Part shown: in pieces, positions 18,914 to 27,013 of the stretch
How positions within the stretch are numbered: the stretch's first letter is position 1
Layout: each line of letters starts with the position of its first letter
Assembly: GCA_947476765.1 (NCBI GenBank)
Contig: CANJRK010000001.1
Span: 1 to 27,877, forward strand
Length of the DNA: 27,877 nt
Source: Actinomycetota bacterium
Lineage (GTDB): Bacteria; Actinomycetota; Actinomycetes; S36-B12; UBA5976
Direction of reading: 5' to 3'
Notes under the pieces: generated by a model
Seen by the model: only the letters and a program-made list of their open reading frames with translations
Told to the model about the DNA's origin: nothing
Database searches by the model: none
Translations under genes and position numbers: made by a program

Positions 18914-18924
18914 CCCCCCCCCCC
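18914..18924. repeat. C11 homopolymer
   Basis: ata-CCCCCCCCCCC-gata in the intergenic region upstream of the NRAMP gene. Confidence 0.95.
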
Positions 18925-19000
18925 GATAAACCTTGCAAATTCTGACTTTTCTATTACTTGTAACAAACGAGGCTGGTTATAAACCAAGTAGGGTTGAAAT

Positions 19001-20281
19001 GTGTCAACGCCAAATATGCCAAAGGAAACCCAGCACCATCCAGCGCGGCAACAGATTCGTGGCGTCGGCTACTTTTCCAGAATTGGTCCAGGCATTGTTA
19101 CCGGCGCAGCAGACGATGATCCTTCGGGTATCGGTACTTACTCGCAAACCGGGGCGCAGTTTGGGTACCGATTGCTTTGGGCTGCTCCCGTGCTATTGCC
19201 CTTTGCGTTTGCGATCCAAGAAACCTGTGCCCGTTTGGCTTTAGTTTCCGGCCAAGGTCTTGCTCGAGTAATAAAGCGCAGAATGCCAAATTGGGTGCTT
19301 TACTTAACTGTCTTTCTGGTTGCACTGGCCAATACGGTAAATATCGCTGCAGATTTAAGTTCAATGGCTGCAGTTACCTTGATGTTTGTAAAGATTCCAC
19401 AACTTGCTGCAGTTCTGATAATCGCTCTCGTTGTTGGAGTTGCTGAAATTTTTATCCCCTATCACCAATATGCTCGGGTTTTACGCTGGCTATGCCTATC
19501 CTTACTCAGCTATGTAGCAGTGTTGGCAGTTGCAAACGTAGATTGGTCAAGTGCCATAACTGGACTTACGCACATAACCTTTGGCTGGAATCGGATTGAC
19601 ATTGCAGCCATCATTGCAATAGCTGGCACTACGATTTCTCCGTACTTGTTTTTTTGGCAAGCTGCTGAAGAAATCGAAGAAACTGGAGCTGCCCCCGACA
19701 CTTCTCTGTCCCACATCAAGGCAATGCGCGGAGACGTGCTTGTGGGAATGTTCTCCGGGGTGTTTGTGATGTTTGCGATCATGACAACCACAGCAGCCAC
19801 TCTTAATGTGCAAGGAATTACCCAGATTAATTCGCCAGAGCAAGCAGCCCAGGCACTACAACCAATTGCTGGTAGCGCTGCGGGAATACTCTTTGCGCTG
19901 GGAATTTTAGGGACTGGATTACTTGCAGTTCCTGTGTTGGCAGGTTCCACTGCTTACGCAGTCAGTGAAGCTATGGGTTGGCGCGAAAGCCTGGAGCGCA
20001 AACCGAGCCAAGCTAAACAGTTTTATGCAGTTATCGCTGCTTCGATGTTGATTGCGATTGCGCTGAACTTTATTGGAGTTAACCCAATGCGATCTCTAAT
20101 TGTTGCGGCTCTGTTGAACGGCTTAACTGCCCCGCTATTAATGGCAATTATCTGGTGGTTGGCTCGAGATAAACAACTGCTCGGCGAATGGACCTCGCCT
20201 TTGTGGTCAACAGTGTTAGTTGGTCTAGGTGCGATCCTGATGGCTGCGCTGCCAATACTCTGGCTATTCGCGCCCGCCTAG
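19001..20281 (+). CDS. NRAMP/SLC11-related divalent metal transporter (non-MntH clade)
   Basis: TM1 ADDDPSGIGTYSQTGAQFGY, QETCARL, TM6 GTTISPYLFFWQ; GTG start with TAGGGT 6 nt upstream. Confidence 0.88.
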   Translation: MSTPNMPKETQHHPARQQIRGVGYFSRIGPGIVTGAADDDPSGIGTYSQTGAQFGYRLLWAAPVLLPFAFAIQETCARLALVSGQGLARVIKRRMPNWVLYLTVFLVALANTVNIAADLSSMAAVTLMFVKIPQLAAVLIIALVVGVAEIFIPYHQYARVLRWLCLSLLSYVAVLAVANVDWSSAITGLTHITFGWNRIDIAAIIAIAGTTISPYLFFWQAAEEIEETGAAPDTSLSHIKAMRGDVLVGMFSGVFVMFAIMTTTAATLNVQGITQINSPEQAAQALQPIAGSAAGILFALGILGTGLLAVPVLAGSTAYAVSEAMGWRESLERKPSQAKQFYAVIAASMLIAIALNFIGVNPMRSLIVAALLNGLTAPLLMAIIWWLARDKQLLGEWTSPLWSTVLVGLGAILMAALPILWLFAPA

Positions 20282-20285
20282 GGTG

Positions 20286-20867
20286 TTACTTTGAGCCAGT
20301 TAACTTCCAGGCTAACGGCAGAACTGCACCAGCAGCCACAGCCTTAATTGCATCGCCAATTAGGAACGGAACTACACCGTTTGCAATTGCCCAAGTAAGC
20401 GAGTTGCCTGTTGCGTAAGCTAGCCAAGGCGCACCAAGCGAATAGATCACTAAGCTGCCTGCGACATATGCCATGGCAGTTGTTGAAGTCTTAGTCGATG
20501 CACCAGCTGCAGAAATGCGACCGACTACGTAAGAGGCAACTACAAAACCGAGTAAGTATCCGCCAGTTGCGCCGATAACTTCTTCGCGGCCACTTGCGCC
20601 ACCTGCGAGAACTGGCGCACCAGCAACGGCCAAGGTTATGTAAAGCACTTGGGCAAGCACGGCGCGTTCCGCACCTAATGCGGCAGCACCGGCTAGAACT
20701 GCGAAAGTCTGGAGCGTTAGTGGAACCGGGGTAAATGGCAATGGAATGGAAACCTGTGCGGATAAAGCAGTTAAAGCAGTAAGGCCGACTACTAGAACTG
20801 CATTGCGAACTCTGGACTTGGCTGCCCAAGAATCAACTACTACTCCACTTACAGCTGTTGCGCTCAT
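20286..20867 (-). CDS. bioY: Biotin transporter BioY (ECF S-component)
   Basis: IPLPFTPVPLTLQTFAV, GAPVLAGG, GATGGYLLGF, PFLIGDAIK. Start moved to ATG 20867. Confidence 0.92.
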   Translation of the reverse strand: MSATAVSGVVVDSWAAKSRVRNAVLVVGLTALTALSAQVSIPLPFTPVPLTLQTFAVLAGAAALGAERAVLAQVLYITLAVAGAPVLAGGASGREEVIGATGGYLLGFVVASYVVGRISAAGASTKTSTTAMAYVAGSLVIYSLGAPWLAYATGNSLTWAIANGVVPFLIGDAIKAVAAGAVLPLAWKLTGSK

Positions 20868-20996
20868 TACATATCCATTCCGTTGGTTCCAGCATCGGTT
20901 AATTGCTCTTGAAAATACCTTACCTGAGCCAAATTGCCCCTGCACTTGGGTCAGTAATTTGGGCTGGAATAGCCTTGCAACTATAAGGAGTTACTT

Positions 20997-21953
20997 ATGT
21001 TGCATTTAGATCAAGCGGAATTAGACCGAATTCTGACTTTCCCGGCATTGGTAGAAAGTCTACGAAATGCTTTTGCCGGTAATTGGACTACACCGCTTCG
21101 TCATCATCATGGGATGCCTGGGCTCGATCATGACGGTTCGGCAATTGAGAATACTTTGCTTTTGATGCCGGCCTGGACTGGACCGGGCAGCGAAAATTAT
21201 GTCGGAGTGAAACTAGTTGCGGTTTACCCAGGTAATGGGCAGGTTGGATTGCCAAGTATTCATGGTTTGTACTACCTAATAGATGGCAATACTGGGGTGC
21301 CACTTGCGACCATGGATGGCGCTCGTATGACGGTTTGGCGAACTGCTGCTGCTTCTGCCCTAGCTTCTACTTACTTATCTCGACCAGAAAGTTCCACGTT
21401 AACCATGATTGGTGCCGGCGCACTTAGTCCATTTATGATCCGAGCCCACATGGCAGTTCGTCCGATTCAAGAAGTATTTCTCTGGAATCACAATATTCGC
21501 CGCGCTCATGAACTCGCCGAACAGCTTCGCAGTGAAGGCCTGCCAGTAACTTCACATCCAGATCTAGTTACTGCAGTTGGTAAGAGTGACATTGTTTCCG
21601 CGGCCACGTTGACAACTACGCCATTGATTTTTGGAAAGTGGCTAAAGCCTGGGACACATGTCGACACTGTGGGCGCATTCACACCAAGCATGCGGGAAAC
21701 CGATGATGAGCTAGTTAAATTGGCTTCGATTTTCTGCGATACCCGTACTGGCGCCTTAAAAGAAGGTGGCGATTTAGCCATCCCGATTTCCCAAGGTGTA
21801 ATTTCAGCCGATGACGTAGTGGCTGATTTACATGATTTAACTCGGGGAAACCACGTAGGTCGAACTTTTAGCGAAGAAATTACTTACTTCAAATCAGTTG
21901 GAACTGCGCTAGAAGATTTAGCCGGCGCAATTACGGTTTGGCAGAGTCGCTAA
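20997..21953 (+). CDS. Ornithine cyclodeaminase / mu-crystallin family protein (possibly an imine reductase)
   Basis: LLMPAW, KLVAVYPGN, RTAAAS, IGAGA, VGAF..MRE, FKSVG.ALED; AAGGAG SD. Confidence 0.88.
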   Translation: MLHLDQAELDRILTFPALVESLRNAFAGNWTTPLRHHHGMPGLDHDGSAIENTLLLMPAWTGPGSENYVGVKLVAVYPGNGQVGLPSIHGLYYLIDGNTGVPLATMDGARMTVWRTAAASALASTYLSRPESSTLTMIGAGALSPFMIRAHMAVRPIQEVFLWNHNIRRAHELAEQLRSEGLPVTSHPDLVTAVGKSDIVSAATLTTTPLIFGKWLKPGTHVDTVGAFTPSMRETDDELVKLASIFCDTRTGALKEGGDLAIPISQGVISADDVVADLHDLTRGNHVGRTFSEEITYFKSVGTALEDLAGAITVWQSR

Positions 21954-24877
21954 CTAGTTTCGAGTTCGCCATAGAACTCGCGCTTAATTACTGCGCGCGC
22001 TCGACGAGTAGCTTTGCGGTATTCATCAGTTAGTTGCTGTCCGCCCCGCACGCCATAACCCAGCATATGTGCAACTCGAGCAAGTTCAATTAAATCCGTT
22101 GGAACCATGTCGGTGGCGCGACCGCGAACCAACATAGCGGCGTTACGAACTCGCATTACTAATTTCCAAGCAGATTCCAGAACGACCAAGTCTGCTTGTG
22201 AAACTAGTCCAGCCTTAGCTTCTGCGCGCAAGGCAGACATAGTTTCGGTAATTGCAATTTCTAGATTTTGAAATCCATGTGCTAATTGCAGAATTTGAAC
22301 TAGCCATTCCACGTCTGATAGTCCGCCAGGACCAAGTTTGGTGTGCAAACTTGGATCGACGCCGCGTGGCAAACGCTCTGACTCCATACGTGCCTTCAGG
22401 CGCCGGATCTCGCGTAACTCAGGTTCTGCTAAGCCGTGGGGTTTGTAGCGGATTGGATTAATGAGTTCAGTAAATTGTGCGCCGAGCTCGGCGTCGCCGG
22501 CAATGAACTTAGCGCGTAACAGCGCTTGCACTTCCCAGCCAGATGACCAGTTCTGATAGTAAGCAGCGAATGAGCTTAAGCTTCGTACAAGTGGTCCGCT
22601 TTTACCTTCCGGGCGTAAGTCTGCATCGATTGCAAGTTCTGGATCAGTACTAGAAACCATTAACAAAGTTCGTAATTCGTTTGCAATTCCATGTGCACTC
22701 TGGGCACTTTGTTCGGGATTATTTGTATCCCCATAGACAAACATCACATCGGCATCGCTACCGTAACTTAATTCGCCACCGCCATATCTACCCATAGCGA
22801 TCACGGCAAATTTTGGAGCGTTTGGAGTTTGTGCAACTAGCGCCGAAACCGTCCCCGAAATTGTCGCAGTTGTAATGGCAGTTAATGAGCTGCCAACTGT
22901 TTCAATATCGACTAATCCGAGTACATCAGCTGCGCTAACTCTAAACAGCTCTCGGCGTCGCATGGCTCGCAACGCCAATACTGCTTCAGTGGCATTGTCG
23001 TACCGAGCTGCAGTTGACTGAGCTTCATCCATTAAGTCCGATTCATTGCGTGGCCGCAGCGAATTTTCGTCAGCCAGCAAATTTACAGCATCAGGTGAGC
23101 GAAGTAGTAAGTCAGTTGCATACCGACTAGATCCCAAGATAATTGCTAGCCGTTGCGCAGTTGCCGACTCATCCCGTAGCAGTCTTAAGTACCACGGTGT
23201 TGTTCCTAAGGCTTCACTTACCCGGCGAAATCCAAATAATCCAGCATCAGGATCCGGGGTGCTTGCAAACCAATCGAGCATCACAGGTAATAGCGCACGT
23301 TGGATTACCGCGCGACGTGTTACTCCTGAAGTCAGAGCTTCCAAGTGTCGCAATGCGCCATCTGGATCGACATAACCAAGTGCCTTTAATCGACTAACAG
23401 CATCTTCGGATGAAAGCTTGGCGTCGCTGCTTTCTAGTCTGGCTACAGCTTGCAACAGTGGTCGATAGAAAAGTTTTTCGTGGATTCGGCGCACCTCACG
23501 TGCTTGCTTTTTCCATTCCTTAACTAACTCATCAATTGGATCGAGGGCAAAACCCATCGATCGACCAAGTCGTTGTTGCGCAATTTCCTCCGTTGGAACG
23601 ATGTGAGTGCGGCGCATTCGGTGCACCTGAATTCGGTGTTCGAGCGTGCGCAGGAATCGATAGGCAGCATCAAGAGCGGCGGCGTCTTCGCGCCCAACAT
23701 AGCCCCAAGTCGCCAGCTGCTCAAGTGCTATCAAGGTATTTGGATTGCGCACCATCTCATCACTTCGTCCATGCACCATTTGCAATAGCTGCACTGCGAA
23801 TTCGACATCACGCAGTCCCCCGCGACCCAATTTCAATTCGCGATCGGCTTCTTTGGCTGGCAATAAATCAGTTACCCGCTCCCGCATGGCCTGCACATCG
23901 CCAACAAAGTTTGGTCTGCTAGATGCCTGCCAAATCAATGGCGAAACGGCAGCAACAAACCGATTTCCCAGTTCTGGATCTCCTGCCATTGGTCGGGCTT
24001 TCAGTAACGCCTGGTACTCCCAGGTTTGTGCCCAGCGGTCGTAATAATCCAGATAGCTTTCAAGTGTGCGTACGAGTGCCCCTGACTTACCCTCGGGTCG
24101 CAGCGCTGCATCGACATCCCAAATGGTTCCCTCAGGGGTGGCGGCTGAACAGGCCTGCATTATTGCTTTAGCTAATTCAGTGCCGACTGCAATCGTTTGC
24201 ACCTCAGTGGCACTACCTATCGGCTCAACGACGAACATTACGTCTACGTCACTGACATAGTTAAGCTCGCGTGCGCCGCACTTTCCCATCGCAATCACAG
24301 AAAGTTTGACTAATTCCTGATCTTTGGTATTTTCTCGCGCGATCACCAAGGCACTTGCGAGAACTGCATCGGCTAAGTCGCTTAACGCCTGGGCAATACC
24401 AGGAAGAATGTGGACACTTTCACTGCCCCGCACTAGATCAATAGCTGCGATGGCGCAAACCTGGCGCCGATAAGCAAGCCTTAATTCAGTTAGCGCAGCG
24501 TCCCAATTCAATCCCGTGACTGCGCCAATTAGGTCTGACTGCATCTGCATGGCCGTCGGGACATTTTCGGCAGCTAACGCATAACCAATGTGAGAAGTAT
24601 TTCGTTGCAAGTGCCTCGCCAGAGCGTCCGAGGCTCCGGTTAAGCAAGCAAGCACATTCCAATCGGCATCAGACCAGGATTGAAAGTCGACAGCACCAGA
24701 ATTAACTATGACCGCTAGCGCAACAAGCGCGCTGTCTGGATCCGCAGCATCCTTTATGAATTCCAGTTTTGAATCCAATACTGGACAAGACTCCAGAACG
24801 GCCTGGCAGGAATTTGTGTCTGCAAAACCCATGCGAGCCAATCGGGCTAATTGGGTTGAGCCTCGTGAACTGGTCAC
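21950..24877 (-). CDS. glnE: Bifunctional glutamine synthetase adenylyltransferase/deadenylylase
   Basis: Two nucleotidyltransferase motifs, MGKCGARELNYVSDVD and MGRYGGGELSYGSDAD; DAALRPEGKSG; LKLGRGGLRDVEF. Confidence 0.97.
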   Translation of the reverse strand: MTSSRGSTQLARLARMGFADTNSCQAVLESCPVLDSKLEFIKDAADPDSALVALAVIVNSGAVDFQSWSDADWNVLACLTGASDALARHLQRNTSHIGYALAAENVPTAMQMQSDLIGAVTGLNWDAALTELRLAYRRQVCAIAAIDLVRGSESVHILPGIAQALSDLADAVLASALVIARENTKDQELVKLSVIAMGKCGARELNYVSDVDVMFVVEPIGSATEVQTIAVGTELAKAIMQACSAATPEGTIWDVDAALRPEGKSGALVRTLESYLDYYDRWAQTWEYQALLKARPMAGDPELGNRFVAAVSPLIWQASSRPNFVGDVQAMRERVTDLLPAKEADRELKLGRGGLRDVEFAVQLLQMVHGRSDEMVRNPNTLIALEQLATWGYVGREDAAALDAAYRFLRTLEHRIQVHRMRRTHIVPTEEIAQQRLGRSMGFALDPIDELVKEWKKQAREVRRIHEKLFYRPLLQAVARLESSDAKLSSEDAVSRLKALGYVDPDGALRHLEALTSGVTRRAVIQRALLPVMLDWFASTPDPDAGLFGFRRVSEALGTTPWYLRLLRDESATAQRLAIILGSSRYATDLLLRSPDAVNLLADENSLRPRNESDLMDEAQSTAARYDNATEAVLALRAMRRRELFRVSAADVLGLVDIETVGSSLTAITTATISGTVSALVAQTPNAPKFAVIAMGRYGGGELSYGSDADVMFVYGDTNNPEQSAQSAHGIANELRTLLMVSSTDPELAIDADLRPEGKSGPLVRSLSSFAAYYQNWSSGWEVQALLRAKFIAGDAELGAQFTELINPIRYKPHGLAEPELREIRRLKARMESERLPRGVDPSLHTKLGPGGLSDVEWLVQILQLAHGFQNLEIAITETMSALRAEAKAGLVSQADLVVLESAWKLVMRVRNAAMLVRGRATDMVPTDLIELARVAHMLGYGVRGGQQLTDEYRKATRRARAVIKREFYGELETS

Positions 24878-25605
24878 AGCGAGTTAGCCTGATGGTCCTT
24901 AACAAGTTGGGCCCAAGCCTGAAATGCTGGCTTCCAAGTTGCAATCAATTCCACTTCTGCGGTTGCAACTTGGGCACATGCTTGCTCGATTGTGTGATCA
25001 ATTTTTGCAAGTTCATCATCCGTTGCTGCCCAGCTAGAAAAAATCTCGGAATCTATCTCTGGATGAAACTGCACACCATAGACATTTTTGCCAATTCGAA
25101 AGGCTTGTACTGGGCACACATCATTGCCAGCGAGTACAACTGCGTCATCTGGAAGATCTGATATGTAATCTTTGTGCCATTCAGCTGCGATCACATCTTT
25201 GCCAGCTAAGTGCCCAAACACTGCATCATCACTGGCGCTTTGTGAAACTCTAAAAGTAGCAACGCCAATTTCTGGAACTGGTGTTGGTTCAACAATCCCA
25301 TCTACGGCAGTTGCTAAAACTTGGCCACCCAAACAAATTCCAAAAAACGGAACATCGTGGGCAATCACATCTTTCATCAACGACCTAGCATCTGTTAGCC
25401 AAGGAAACTCAATGTCGTCATTTGCACCCATGTAGCCACCCATTGCAATGGCACCGGAAATGTGAGCTGGTAACGCGGCTGGAACCGGCTCACCGCGATA
25501 GGCATGGATGACTTCGACATCTACACCCACTTCGGCAATCCAATCGCCTACCAGCGCAACGGGATCATCAACTTCATTTTGTACAACTAAGACAATGGGA
25601 TTCAT
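24874..25605 (-). CDS. Class I glutamine amidotransferase-like protein (standalone)
   Basis: MGGYMGA, GICLGGQ (Cys), QFHPE (His-Glu). Confidence 0.9.
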   Translation of the reverse strand: MNPIVLVVQNEVDDPVALVGDWIAEVGVDVEVIHAYRGEPVPAALPAHISGAIAMGGYMGANDDIEFPWLTDARSLMKDVIAHDVPFFGICLGGQVLATAVDGIVEPTPVPEIGVATFRVSQSASDDAVFGHLAGKDVIAAEWHKDYISDLPDDAVVLAGNDVCPVQAFRIGKNVYGVQFHPEIDSEIFSSWAATDDELAKIDHTIEQACAQVATAEVELIATWKPAFQAWAQLVKDHQANSL

Positions 25606-26943
25606 TTAGAGCACCGGTAAATATTTGTCGAGTTCATATGCCGTCACCTGTGATCGATATTCTTCCCATTCAGCACGCTTGTTGCGTAAGAAGAAGTCAA
25701 ACACATGCTCGCCCAAAGTTTCAGCAACTAGCTCACTTTTTTCCATTACCTTTATGGCATCGCCCAAGGACTGTGGCAGTGGTGCAATACCAAGTGCGGC
25801 CCGCTCAGGTTCGGTTAACGACCAGACATCATCTTCGGAACCTGGCGGTAATTCATAACCCTCTTCAATGCCCTTCATGCCGGCAGCCAACATCAAAGCA
25901 AATGACAGATATGGATTGCAGGCCGAATCAAGTGATCGGAACTCAATTCTGGTGGAGTTACCTTTTGTTGGCTTATACATAGGTACTCGAATAAGAGCGG
26001 AGCGATTGTTGTGTCCCCAGCAAATAAACGACGGAGCTTCGCCGCCGCCGCTTAGACGCTTGTAAGAGTTCACCCATTGGTTTGTTACTGCAGTAATCTC
26101 TGGCGCATGTCGCAACAACCCAGCAATAAATTGTCGACCAGTTTTGGAAAGTTGATACTCAGCTCCGGCTTCATAGAATGCATTACGATCACCTTCGAAT
26201 AACGACAAGTGAGTGTGCATTCCCGAACCTGGATACTGCGCAAATGGCTTTGGCATAAATGACGCATACACGCCTTGCGCTAGCGCGACTTCCTTCATAA
26301 CAACTCGGAACGTCATGATGTTATCTGCAGTAGTTAAGGCATCGGCATAGCGCAAATCAATTTCTTGTTGACCTGGGGCACCTTCATGATGACTGAACTC
26401 AACCGAAATTCCCATCGACTCGAGCATTGTGATTGCCTGGCGACGGAAGTCATAGCCAACTCCACTTGGTGAATGGTCAAAATAACCAACTTCATCCACC
26501 GGCACAGGTTGCGTGCCCTTTTCCGGCTGGTTTTTGAATAGGAAGAATTCGATTTCTGGATGCGTGTAAAACGTAAAACCTTTATCAGCGGCCTTGCTTA
26601 ATGCCCGCGTTAACACATGACGTGGATCAGCCCAGGATGGTGAACCGTCTGGCAGTTGAATGTCGCAGAACATTCGCGCCACACTATTTTCTTCGCCGCG
26701 CCACGGCAGGATTGTGAAAGTTTCTGGATCTGGCTTTGCCAGCATGTCGGATTCATAAACCCGAGCAAAACCTTCGATGGCTGAGCCATCAAATCCAATG
26801 CCCTCAGAGAAGGCGCCTTCTAACTCGGCTGGCGCAATTGCCACGGACTTGAGCGTGCCCAACACGTCAGTGAACCACAGACGCACGAAGCGAATGTCAC
26901 GTTCTTCAATGGTGCGTAGTACAAATTCAGTTTGCTTATCCAC
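25606..26943 (-). CDS. glnA2: Glutamine synthetase-like GlnA2 (GSI-alpha-like)
   Basis: GTG start giving MDKQTEFVLRTIEERDIRFVRLWFTD, the typical GlnA2 N-terminus; FDGSAIEGF, HHEGAPGQQE, FMPKPF..PGSGMH. Confidence 0.93.
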   Translation of the reverse strand: MDKQTEFVLRTIEERDIRFVRLWFTDVLGTLKSVAIAPAELEGAFSEGIGFDGSAIEGFARVYESDMLAKPDPETFTILPWRGEENSVARMFCDIQLPDGSPSWADPRHVLTRALSKAADKGFTFYTHPEIEFFLFKNQPEKGTQPVPVDEVGYFDHSPSGVGYDFRRQAITMLESMGISVEFSHHEGAPGQQEIDLRYADALTTADNIMTFRVVMKEVALAQGVYASFMPKPFAQYPGSGMHTHLSLFEGDRNAFYEAGAEYQLSKTGRQFIAGLLRHAPEITAVTNQWVNSYKRLSGGGEAPSFICWGHNNRSALIRVPMYKPTKGNSTRIEFRSLDSACNPYLSFALMLAAGMKGIEEGYELPPGSEDDVWSLTEPERAALGIAPLPQSLGDAIKVMEKSELVAETLGEHVFDFFLRNKRAEWEEYRSQVTAYELDKYLPVL

Positions 26944-26965
26944 CCCTCCATGATGAAGCCCTTGC

Positions 26966-26981
26966 GTTACGGCAGTGTTAC
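26966..26981 (-). promoter_or_regulatory. GlnR-like site upstream of glnA2
   Basis: GTAAC-n6-GTAAC on the - strand, ending 10 nt before a CATCAT -10-like hexamer that is 6 nt before the GTG. Confidence 0.6.
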
Positions 26982-27001
26982 AGCCAACTGGTATCTGCAT
27001 T

Positions 27002-27007
27002 TATGCT
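27002..27007 (+). promoter_or_regulatory. -10 element (TATGCT) of probably leaderless nadE
   Basis: TANNNT 6 nt before GTG 27014. Confidence 0.65.
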
Positions 27008-27013
27008 GTAACC

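Noticed and set aside
18802-18987. 61-aa - strand ORF crossing the G11 tract as a phase-variable gene
   Set aside because: TTG start, no recognisable fold, both alternative frames stop soon after the tract, and an in-frame TAG precedes the 18712 ORF, so no fusion is possible.
5283-20980. CTTGCAA recurring in four divergent intergenic regions (about 5283, 16657, 18933, 20975)
   Set aside because: Short, with inconsistent spacing to the -10 elements; explainable as -35-like sequence or chance.
26944-27000. N-terminal extension of GlnA2 and the GGAGG just before its GTG
   Set aside because: The conserved N-terminus begins at GTG 26943. GGAGG is only 1 nt from the start, too close for an SD, and the region holds promoter elements.
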